DNA of 64,000 nt from contig CAVWLP010000003.1 of NCBI GenBank assembly GCA_963755915.1, forward strand, positions 640,001 through 704,000, read 5' to 3'. This document shows positions 42,487 through 50,881 of this stretch, one piece after another. The stretch comes from an uncultured Phycisphaerales bacterium. GTDB taxonomy: Bacteria > Planctomycetota > Phycisphaerae > Tepidisphaerales > Tepidisphaeraceae. The notes under the pieces are model-generated. The model was not told the origin of the DNA. It ran no database searches and saw only the letters and a program-made list of their open reading frames with translations. The first letter of the stretch is position 1. Each line of letters begins with the position of its first letter. Position numbers and translations under genes: made by a program.

Positions 42487-43865
42487 TAGAGGAAGAGCCT
42501 CGATCTCCGCTTGTTGAACTGCTTTTGCTGGCGCTGCCGACGGTGGCGCAGATGGCGTCGTACACCATCATGCAGTTCATCGATACGCTGATCCTCTCGC
42601 GCCTTGGAGCGACCCCCCCTACCGCCGCTTCCAACAGCGGGATCCTGGTCTTTTCGCCGATCGCGCTGGGGATGGGGATATTGGTGCTGGTGAACACGAT
42701 GGTGAGCCAGAATTTCGGGCGGGGGGATTTCGCGAAGTGCGGGCAGTATTTGTGGCAGGGAATCTGGCTGGGAGTGGTTTTTGGCCTTGGGCTGCTGCCA
42801 TTATCGCTGGCGGCGCGGCCGATTTTCGCCGGCTTCCATCACCCGGCAGCGCAGGCGGCGATGGAGGCGACCTATTTCCGGATTACCGTGCTGTCGTCGC
42901 CGGTGAAGCTTATTTCGATGACGATCGGGCAGTTTTTGCTGGGGATCAATCGGCCGAATGTGTTGACGATCGCGGCGGTGATCGGCGTGAGCATCAATGC
43001 CGTCGCGGCGTGGTGCATGGTGCTGGGACACGGCGGGTTTTCATCGTGGGGAATCGCGGGGGCAGCGTGGGCCCAGAATATCGGGGTGGTTTGCGAACTG
43101 ACAACGCTGGTGGCGATTTCGTTTGGCAAGGAGATCCGGCGGAAGTTTAATGCGATGGATGCGCGGCTGAGATGGGAGGAGATGAAGACGCTGATCCGAA
43201 TCGGCCTGCCATCGGGGTTGCAGACGTTCAGCGATCTGCTGGCGTGGTCGATTTTCTGCAACCTGGTGCTGGGAATGCTGGGGCCAAAGGCGATGGCGGC
43301 CAATGCATTTATGTTCCGGTATCTGGTGGCGGGGTTTATGCCGGTGGTGGGGATTTCGGCAGCCGTGACGGCGCTGGTGGGACGGTATATCGGGAGGGGA
43401 GAGCCGGACGTAGCGGCGCGGCGGGCGCATTTGGGATTCGCGGTGACGCTTGTTTATATCGGGATATGCGGGGTGGTTTATATCGTCTGGCGGAGGGCGC
43501 TGATTGAACTGTTCACCGACGATCCGGAGATCATCCGGATCGGGGGGATTTATCTGATCGTCGCGGCGATTTATGAAATTTCCGATGCGATGTATCTAAC
43601 CTATATGGGGGCACTGCGCGGGGCGGCGGATACGCTTGCCCCCTCGGTGGTGGGAGCGGTGTTGTGCTGGACGATCACGGTAGGCGGGGGGTATTGCGCG
43701 GCGCGGTTTGCGCCGGGGTTGGGGTATGGGGGGCCGTGGATGGTGGCGTGTGTGTATGGGTGGGTTTTGGGGTCGTATATGTTGATACGATTTTCGAAGG
43801 GAAAGTGGAGGAGAATTCACGTGATGGAGACGGTCCGGGCAAAGGCGCGATTCAGCGCGGATTGA
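42474..43865 (+). CDS. MATE family efflux transporter
   Basis: LALP, about 12 TMs, GALRGAADT. Confidence 0.9.
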   Translation: MDAIIEEEPRSPLVELLLLALPTVAQMASYTIMQFIDTLILSRLGATPPTAASNSGILVFSPIALGMGILVLVNTMVSQNFGRGDFAKCGQYLWQGIWLGVVFGLGLLPLSLAARPIFAGFHHPAAQAAMEATYFRITVLSSPVKLISMTIGQFLLGINRPNVLTIAAVIGVSINAVAAWCMVLGHGGFSSWGIAGAAWAQNIGVVCELTTLVAISFGKEIRRKFNAMDARLRWEEMKTLIRIGLPSGLQTFSDLLAWSIFCNLVLGMLGPKAMAANAFMFRYLVAGFMPVVGISAAVTALVGRYIGRGEPDVAARRAHLGFAVTLVYIGICGVVYIVWRRALIELFTDDPEIIRIGGIYLIVAAIYEISDAMYLTYMGALRGAADTLAPSVVGAVLCWTITVGGGYCAARFAPGLGYGGPWMVACVYGWVLGSYMLIRFSKGKWRRIHVMETVRAKARFSAD

Positions 43866-43873
43866 AAGTTCGG

Positions 43874-43913
43874 CCCCCTCCCCTGCCCTCCCCCGGAGTA
43901 CCGGGGGTGGGGG
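43874..43913. repeat. Repeat family C hairpin
   Basis: CCCTCCCCCGGAGTACCGGGGG; related copy at 58099-58140. Confidence 0.7.
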
Positions 43914-43960
43914 AAAGAGTGGGGAAAGTGGAGGAAGATTCATGTGGGGGAAACAGCAAA

Positions 43961-43988
43961 TTGACGGGGGGGATCTATCCGATAGAAT
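43961..43988 (+). promoter_or_regulatory. sigma70 promoter for the ileS leader
   Basis: TTGACG-N16-TAGAAT; the spacer contains a G homopolymer. Confidence 0.65.
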
Positions 43989-43998
43989 CCGGTGCGTT

Positions 43999-44061
43999 AT
44001 GCGGAATGCCGCGGTCGCGATTATTCTCCGAATGATTATTGTCCCGCGGCAACTCGGGTAG
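43999..44061 (+). CDS. Ile-rich leader peptide of the ileS attenuator
   Basis: MRNAAVAIILRMIIVPRQLG*; two tandem ATT-ATT pairs. Confidence 0.75.
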   Translation: MRNAAVAIILRMIIVPRQLG

Positions 44062-44094
44062 GGCGCAAACTATGTATTAAGCATTTGTGAAACG

Positions 44095-44120
44095 CCCTGC
44101 CGGTTCGGCGGGGTTTTTTT
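44095..44120 (+). terminator. Attenuator terminator upstream of ileS
   Basis: CCCTGCCG-GTT-CGGCGGGG then T7; the 5' arm is complementary to GGTAGGGCG (44057-44065). Confidence 0.8.
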
Positions 44121-44153
44121 ATTTTGGCGTGTTGCTAGAGTTGGGAACTAAAC

Positions 44154-47112
44154 ATGGAAGAGAAGAAGAATTTTAAGGCGACGCTGAACCTTCCGCAGAC
44201 GAGCTTCGCGATGGAGGCGAAGCTGACGGCCAATGAGCCGGCGCGGCTAAAGAAATGGGACGAGCTGAAGCTGTATGAGAAGCTGATGTCGGCGCGCGCG
44301 GGAGGGAAGAAGTGGGTGCTGCACGATGGGCCGCCGTTTGCGAATGGGGACATTCACATCGGGCACGTGATCAACAAGACGCTGAAAGACGTGGTGATGC
44401 GGTTTCGCTCGATGCAGGGGTATCAGACGCCGTACGTGCCGGGGTGGGATTGTCATGGGTTGCCGATCGAGCACAAAATCCAGCAGGATGTGGGGCCGAA
44501 ACTTCGGCAGATGAACGTGGTGGATGTCCGCCGGCTTTGCTTCGAGTATGCGGATAAATACGTGAAGATTCAGGGGGAGCAGTTTCGACGGCTGGGGATT
44601 CTGGGGCAGTGGGATGAGCCGTATCTCACGATGAGTCCGCGCTACGAGGCGGCGACGCTGGAGGTCTTTGCGCGGTTTGTGGAGGCGGGGCTGGTGTACA
44701 AGAAGCTGAAGCCGGTGCCGTGGTCGATCGAGAACCAGACGGCGCTGGCGGATGCGGAATTGGAATACCAGGATCGGACGGACGACAGCGTATTCGTCGA
44801 GTTTCCGCTGGAGGGGCAAGATGAGTTTCTGCTGATCTGGACGACGACGCCCTGGACGCTGCCGGCGAACCTTGCAGTGGCGGTGCATCCGGATGTGGAG
44901 TATTCGCGGGTCAGGTACGGGGACGGAAGAGTCGGAGTTGTCGCATCGGCGTTGGCGGAGCGCGTGCTGAAAGACCGGCGCGGGGAAGTCGTGGGAACGA
45001 AAGCGGGGAAGGAACTGGTGGGGCTTGAGTATCGGCATCCGTTTATCGAGCGCAAAGGGAAAGTCGTGGCGGCGGAGTATGTGACGACGACGGATGGCAC
45101 CGGATTGGTACACACCGCGCCGGGGCATGGCGAGGACGATTACGAGACGGGAATCCGCGAGGGGCTGGAGGTTTACAGCCCGGTGCTGGCCAATGGGCGG
45201 TTTGATGAGACCGCGCCGGAATTTATCCGCGGGAAGTCGGTGTGGGAGGCGAATCCGCTGATCGTTGCCGAGCTGAAATCGCGCGGCTTATTGCTGGGCG
45301 AGGAGAAGATCGCCCACAGCTATCCGCACGATTGGCGGAGTAAGAAGCCGATCATTTTCCGGGCGACGGAGCAGTGGTTTATTGCGATGGATAAGCCATT
45401 TTCGGCTGGGTCTGACCCTGCCGGATTAAGGCCGATGACACTTCGCGATCGCGCGTTATCGGCGACGGGGCTGGACCCTTTCAATCCTCTTACGGAACAA
45501 CAGAAAGGTATCGCCGAGGAGCACTGGCGGATTCATGACGAGGCTCAACGCGAGGGGTTGGAACGCGAGGAGCGGGGAGAGCCATTTAAGCCGGCTTCGG
45601 ATGAAGAGCTGCGCGAAATGAATCGTAAGATTGGGCCAATCCTGCCCCAAGTGAAGAGGTTCGCGCCGGCATGGGGCAGAAATCGGCTACGGGGAATGCT
45701 CGAATCTCGCCCCGACTGGTGCATTTCGCGCCAGCGGGCGTGGGGATTGCCGATCCCCGTTTTCTACAATGAGAAGGGAGAGGTGCTGCTGACGGCGGAA
45801 TCGGTGCGCGCGGTGGCGAAGCAATTTGGGGAAAAGGGAAGCGATGCGTGGTTTAACGAAGAGCCGAAGGATTTGCTGGGGGCGGAGTTTAAATATCCAG
45901 CCGGGTTTTCGGCGGAGAAGCTGCGGAAGGAGAAGGATATCTTTGATGTGTGGTTTGAATCCGGCAGCTCGTGGCACGCAGTACTTCAGGCGCGGCCGGC
46001 TCTCAAATTTCCGAGCGATCTTTATCTCGAAGGGTCGGACCAGCATCGCGGGTGGTTTCAGTTGTCCATGCTGCTGAGTTTGGGAGCCGAGGGGAAGCCG
46101 CCATTTGAGCAGGTGCTGACGCACGGGTTTGTGGTGAAGCCGGATGGGACGAAGGTCAGCAAGTCGGACAAGGAATACGTGACGGCCACGCAGGAGATTC
46201 AGCGGCATGGGGCCGATCTGATCCGGCTTTGGTGCTGCAGCGTCGATTATCAAAACGATATCCCGGCAAGCCCGGCGGCAATCCAGGAGTTTGGGGATAA
46301 GTATCGCAAGATCCGCAACACCCTCCGATATCTCGTGAGCAATCTTTACGATTTCGATCCCAACGCGGACAAGACGCCGGCGGATTTTCGCGGGCTCGAT
46401 GGATGGGCGATGAACGAACTGGGCAAGCTCGTCACGGAAGTGGAGCAGGCTTACGGCGCATATCAGCTTCACCGCGCGTTTCGGCTGCTGCATGATTTCT
46501 GCGCAGTGCAGATCAGCGCGATCTATAGCAATGCGATGAAGGACCGGCTTTACTGCGATGCGGCGAATTCGCCGCTGAGGCGAAGATCTCAGGCGGTGAT
46601 GTATCGGATGGCCGATGCGCTGATCCGGTTGCTTTCACCCATGCTGGTCTTCACGGCCGATGAAGCGTGGGAGCATTTGCCGAACAAACTGGCGAAGGAT
46701 GCCGCCGCGGCCAGCGTGCATCTGCTGCTGTTCCCCAAGGTGGAATTGCCGGCTTCGGAGGAAGATCGGAAGCGCTGGTCGCTGCTGATTGAGGCCCGCG
46801 ATCAGGCGACGCCGCAGCTCGATGCGCTGAAGAAATCGGTGGGGCTGAACAAGGCGCTGGATGCGGAGCTGATTTATCATTGCGATGAGGCGACGCAGAA
46901 GCTGCTGGAGGTTTGCGGGGCCGATCTGGAAGACGTGGTGGGAGCCGGATTCCATAGCTTTGCGCGCGGTCAGTGGCGAGTGGAAGTCGTGGATCGGCGG
47001 GAGAAATATAAGGCCTGCGCGGAGCTGGAAGAGACGGCCGGACGTGGGATCGGACGGCGAATTTCCGGATCTGTCGGCACGGGATGCCGCCGTGGTGAGG
47101 GCGCTTCGATGA
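44154..47112 (+). CDS. ileS: Isoleucyl-tRNA synthetase (frameshift near 47020)
   Basis: HDGPPFANGDIHIGH, GWDCHGLPIE, WTTTPWTLP, DWCISRQR, EGSDQHRGWF, KVSKS. Confidence 0.96.
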
Positions 47113-47741
47113 TGGAGCTGGCACCGATCAAACTTGCGGTCCTCGTCAGCGGTTCGGGAACGACGCTCGAGAACATCGTCGCTAAGATCGCGGATAAATC
47201 GCTGAGCGCGAAGATTGAGGCGGTGGTCGCGTCGCGGCCGAAGATCAGGGCCATCGAGCGGGCGACGAAGGCGGGGCTGCCGTGTGAGGTGGTGGATCGG
47301 TCAAAGTATTTTTCGGTGGAGGAGTTCAGCCGGGATGTCTTTCGGATTTGCAGATCGGGCGGGGCGCAATTGATTTGCCTGGCGGGGTGGTTGTCATTCC
47401 TGGAGATTCCGCAGGATTTTGAGGGGAGGATGATGAACATTCATCCGGCACTGTTGCCCAGCTTTGGTGGGAAGGGGATGTATGGATTGCGGGTACACCA
47501 GGCAGTGCTGGAGCAGGGATGCAAGGTGAGCGGGTGTACGGTGCATTTTGTGGATGGGGCGTATGACACCGGGCCGATCATTTTGCAGCGGACTTGCCCG
47601 GTGCTGGAGGACGACACGCCGGAGATGCTGGCGCACCGGGTGTTCGAGGAGGAGCAGATCGCGTTTCCGGAGGCGATCCGGCTGTATCAGGAGGGTCGGC
47701 TGCGAATTGAGGGAAGGCGCGTCAGGGTGATTTCCGAATAA
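47109..47741 (+). CDS. purN: Phosphoribosylglycinamide formyltransferase
   Basis: VLVSGSGTT, NIHPALLPSFGG, GCTVHFVDGAYDTGPII; ATGA overlap with the ileS stop. Confidence 0.93.
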   Translation: MMELAPIKLAVLVSGSGTTLENIVAKIADKSLSAKIEAVVASRPKIRAIERATKAGLPCEVVDRSKYFSVEEFSRDVFRICRSGGAQLICLAGWLSFLEIPQDFEGRMMNIHPALLPSFGGKGMYGLRVHQAVLEQGCKVSGCTVHFVDGAYDTGPIILQRTCPVLEDDTPEMLAHRVFEEEQIAFPEAIRLYQEGRLRIEGRRVRVISE

Positions 47742-47768
47742 AAAAGGCGGCCCGCAAAGGGCCGCCTT
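47740..47768 (-). terminator. Intrinsic terminator, probably bidirectional
   Basis: AAGGCGGCCC-GCAAA-GGGCCGCCTT with a T-run on the minus strand. Confidence 0.8.
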
Positions 47769-47808
47769 ACAAGGCCTCAACCGTTATTTTCAGGTGGAAG
47801 CAGGCTTC

Positions 47809-47949
47809 TTAAGACTTCTTGTGGTGATGATGATGTTTGTGTTTGTGATGCTTATGGATGAGTTTCACAACGTCGCCATGGGCCGGCGCGGCCGGTAGCA
47901 CCGCAAAACTGAAGGCCCCCAAGATTAGAGCAACAAGAAGCTTACGCAT
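47809..47949 (-). CDS. 46-aa secreted His/Lys-rich peptide (not in ORF track)
   Basis: MRKLLVALILGAFSFAVLPAAPAHGDVVKLIHKHHKHKHHHHHKKS; GGAG RBS; terminator downstream. Confidence 0.8.
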   Translation of the reverse strand: MRKLLVALILGAFSFAVLPAAPAHGDVVKLIHKHHKHKHHHHHKKS

Positions 47950-48117
47950 CGCTTTCTCCAAAGATTCCGGATGTTTCATCCCCAGACCAACGGTCCAGGC
48001 GGATGGGGATAACCCGATCCCACAGTACTAAACGCCACAGGCAGCCGAATATTTCCAGGCAATTTTTATGATACCGGGGGAATAGCGTGGAAATTCTATG
48101 GGAATTGCCGTAAGCGC

Positions 48118-48678
48118 CTAGATTTGCATGATTTCGGCGCGTTTTTTCTCGACCAGTTCATCGACCTTGGCTTCGTAAGTTTTGGTCAGTTCCTGAATCT
48201 GTTCCTTGCCGGAGACAGCTTCGTCTTCCCCAACGACGCCGCCTTTTTCCTCGGTCTCAAGGATCTTGTTGGCATCGCGGCGGGCGTTGCGGATGGCGAT
48301 CTTGGCGGTTTCGGCCATCTGCTTGCACTGGCCGGCAAGCTGCTGGCGGCGCTCCTGGGAAAGAGCGGGCAGCACCAGGCGGAGCTGCTTGCCATCGCTG
48401 TGGGGGGTGAGGCCGATCTTGCTGTCGTTGATCGCTTTTTCGATGGCCCGAAGATCGCCGGGGCTGAAGGGTTTAATCAATATCTGCGTGGCTTCCGGGA
48501 CGCTGATGGAGGCGATGGAACGCATATCCGTCGGCGAGCCGTAATAATCGACCTTGATGTGCTCGACGAGTCCGGGGGTTGCCCGGCCGGTGCGGATGCC
48601 GCGGAGCTCGTGGAGGAGGTGGTCGTTGGCCTTCTCCATGTGCATCTCGGCGTCGATGAGGATGTCGTCGAGGGGCAT
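48118..48678 (-). CDS. frr: Ribosome recycling factor
   Basis: IRTGRATP, VDYYG, AIRNARRDAN. Confidence 0.96.
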   Translation of the reverse strand: MPLDDILIDAEMHMEKANDHLLHELRGIRTGRATPGLVEHIKVDYYGSPTDMRSIASISVPEATQILIKPFSPGDLRAIEKAINDSKIGLTPHSDGKQLRLVLPALSQERRQQLAGQCKQMAETAKIAIRNARRDANKILETEEKGGVVGEDEAVSGKEQIQELTKTYEAKVDELVEKKRAEIMQI

Positions 48679-48824
48679 ATGTGTCCATCATAACACTAAG
48701 GGGGTGGGGATGCATCAAGTGTCGGAGGGGATGCAGTGAAGCGTGTTAGAGCAGGTGGCTTTTTTTATTTCGGAGACCGAGCGGCGAGCTTTTTAAAGGC
48801 AAAGGCAAATGCAAAGGCAATGCA

Positions 48825-48893
48825 GGAGGGGCGAGGGGGAACCAAACGAGATGAGTTGCGTGGGGGCCCCAAAAGTTTCCCCCTCGCCCCTCC
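48825..48893. repeat. 17-bp perfect inverted repeat preceded by AAAGGC-like hexamers
   Basis: GGAGGGGCGAGGGGGAA / TTCCCCCTCGCCCCTCC. Confidence 0.8.
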
Positions 48894-49041
48894 CGCACCC
48901 TCCCCACACCCCTTCCATTTTCGCTCGACGCTACGGGAGATGTGAGCGGACGGCCATGCGCGGTTGTACCCCCCTGGCAGGGATCGGCGAAGCATGCGAG
49001 TGGAGGCGAAATCCGATGGCGGTCGCTCAGCGTTAGGGTTG

Positions 49042-49323
49042 CTACGGACGAGGATGTTTCAGCTTACGCCGGAGTCTCGCAATGCACCACACCAAAATGC
49101 CCCCCCATCCGACGACGAACACAGAAATTAAAAAATGGACAAAAGCCTCTTCCGGACCACCCAGCAATGTACTCATGTCGTAAGGCGGTCTGTACGGCGC
49201 GATGGCCAATTCATGTAATAGCCAGATTATCCCGCCGACGAGAACCAATAGGACAAAGGGAAGCACGACCGACGGTCGTCGCGGGTGCTCGCTTCGATAC
49301 TCAAGTTGAAAAATGGGATTCAT
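49042..49323 (-). CDS. Small 2-TM hypothetical protein
   Basis: 93 aa, LEY motif then two hydrophobic helices. Confidence 0.6.
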   Translation of the reverse strand: MNPIFQLEYRSEHPRRPSVVLPFVLLVLVGGIIWLLHELAIAPYRPPYDMSTLLGGPEEAFVHFLISVFVVGWGGILVWCIARLRRKLKHPRP

Positions 49324-49396
49324 GGTGCGCGATTATGCCGTCCCGGGCGGAGGACGAGCCATGCGAAAGCCATGTCCGCAGCAATACGGCAGTCGG

Positions 49397-50145
49397 TCAT
49401 TCCGGCGAAATTCTTGTCCCGATATCCTCGCCGCGAATGGTGCGGACGATATTGCCTTCAGTTTTCAGGTTGAAAACCACCAGCGGGATCTTGCGTTCCA
49501 TGCAGAGGGTAATCGCCGTCAGGTCCATGACGCGGAGCTTGTCGGTGAGGACCTGCTCATAGGTGAGGTGGCGGAAGAGCTTGGCGTTTTTGTCTTTCTT
49601 GGGGTCGGCGGAATAGACGCCGTCGACTTTGGTTGCCTTGAGAAGAACGTTGGCGCCGATTTCGGTGGCGCGGAGGGCGGCGCAGGTGTCGGTGGTGAAG
49701 AAGGGGTTGCCGGTGCCGGCGGCGAGGATGAGGACCCGGCCTTTTTCGAGGTGTCGGACGGCGCGGCGGCGGATGAAGGGCTCACAGACGCTGTAGATGC
49801 TGATGGCCGACTGCACGCGCGTGGGTTGGCCCATTTTTTCCATGGTTTCCTGCAAGGCGACGGCGTTGATGACGGTGGCGAGCATGCCCATATAGTCGGC
49901 GGTGGCGCGGGGGATGTTGCCGTCCTCGGCGAAGGTGGCGCCGCGGATGAAGTTTCCCCCCCTACCACGATGGCAAGCTCCACTCCCATCTGCGCGACCT
50001 GGACGCACTGGCGGGCGATGTTTTCCAGCTCGGTGCTTTCGATGCCGAAGGAGCCTTCGCGGCAGAAACCTTCGCCGCTGATTTTGAGCAGGACGCGGGC
50101 GTAGGGGCCGGCGGGGACAGTCGTTTTCGAGGCGGTCTTGGGCAT
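49397..50145 (-). CDS. pyrH: Uridylate kinase (frameshift near 49960)
   Basis: [37 protein letters not shown]. Confidence 0.95.
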
Positions 50146-50200
50146 GGGGGGGAATTATAGCGATTGCCGGTCGCTTAGAAATGCGGAATATAGTGTTGGC

Positions 50201-50725
50201 GTGAGCATCATTCTGATCGGATATCGCGGCAGCGGGAAAACAACGGTCGGCCGGCTACTGGCTGGGCGATTAGGGAAGAAATTCGTTGATGCGGATGATC
50301 TGATCGTCATGCGGGCCGGGCAGTCGATCCGGGAGATTTTTTCGGCAGGCGGGGAGCAGGCGTTTCGCAAGCTGGAGATGGAGGTGATTTCCGGGCTGGT
50401 GAAAGAAGTTGACGCGGTGATCGCGCTGGGGGGAGGAGCCGTGACGCGCGAGGAAAACCGCAAGGCGCTGGCGGGGCATAAAATCGTCTATCTGCGCTGC
50501 GACGCCTCGGAACTGCATCGGCGGATCAGTTCGGACCCGGGAACGTCCGATAATCGGCCGAGCCTGACGGCGCTGGGTGGCGGAATCGACGAAATCGAAG
50601 CGCTTTTGCGGCAGCGCGAGCCGATCTATACGGCTGTGATGAGCGAAACGATCGACGTCACCGGCCTTTCGGTGGAGCAGGTTGTCGATCGAATCATGGA
50701 GAGTATTCACCGCGGAGAACACTGA
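50201..50725 (+). CDS. aroK: Shikimate kinase
   Basis: [26 protein letters not shown]. Confidence 0.92.
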   Translation: MSIILIGYRGSGKTTVGRLLAGRLGKKFVDADDLIVMRAGQSIREIFSAGGEQAFRKLEMEVISGLVKEVDAVIALGGGAVTREENRKALAGHKIVYLRCDASELHRRISSDPGTSDNRPSLTALGGGIDEIEALLRQREPIYTAVMSETIDVTGLSVEQVVDRIMESIHRGEH

Positions 50726-50736
50726 GAACGCAGAGA
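50706..50736 (+). repeat. Repeat family B copy overlapping the aroK stop
   Basis: TTCACCGCGGAGAACACTGAGAACGCAGAGA. Confidence 0.6.
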
Positions 50737-50772
50737 AATAGATTTATGGAAACTTCGGGCTGGCTCTGATTT

Positions 50773-50845
50773 ATTTCTTGGCGCTCTTGGCGTCTTGGCG
50801 GTTATAAGATTTTTAACCGCCAAGACGCCAAGAGCGCCAAGAAAT
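50773..50845. repeat. Palindromic repeat family A, intact copy
   Basis: Perfect 32-bp arms built of CTTGGCG units around a 9-nt loop. Confidence 0.9.
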
Positions 50846-50881
50846 GCAATTGATGTTGGGAGCCGCCGCAAAGATTGAACG

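Noticed and set aside
44154-47741. 1195-aa IleRS-PurN fusion in the ORF track
   Set aside because: The normal IleRS tail continues in another frame to TGA at 47112, overlapping the purN ATG. One indel near 47020 explains the fusion.
48943-49029. tRNA or SRP RNA
   Set aside because: No TTCRA T-loop or cloverleaf, and no SRP domain IV motif.
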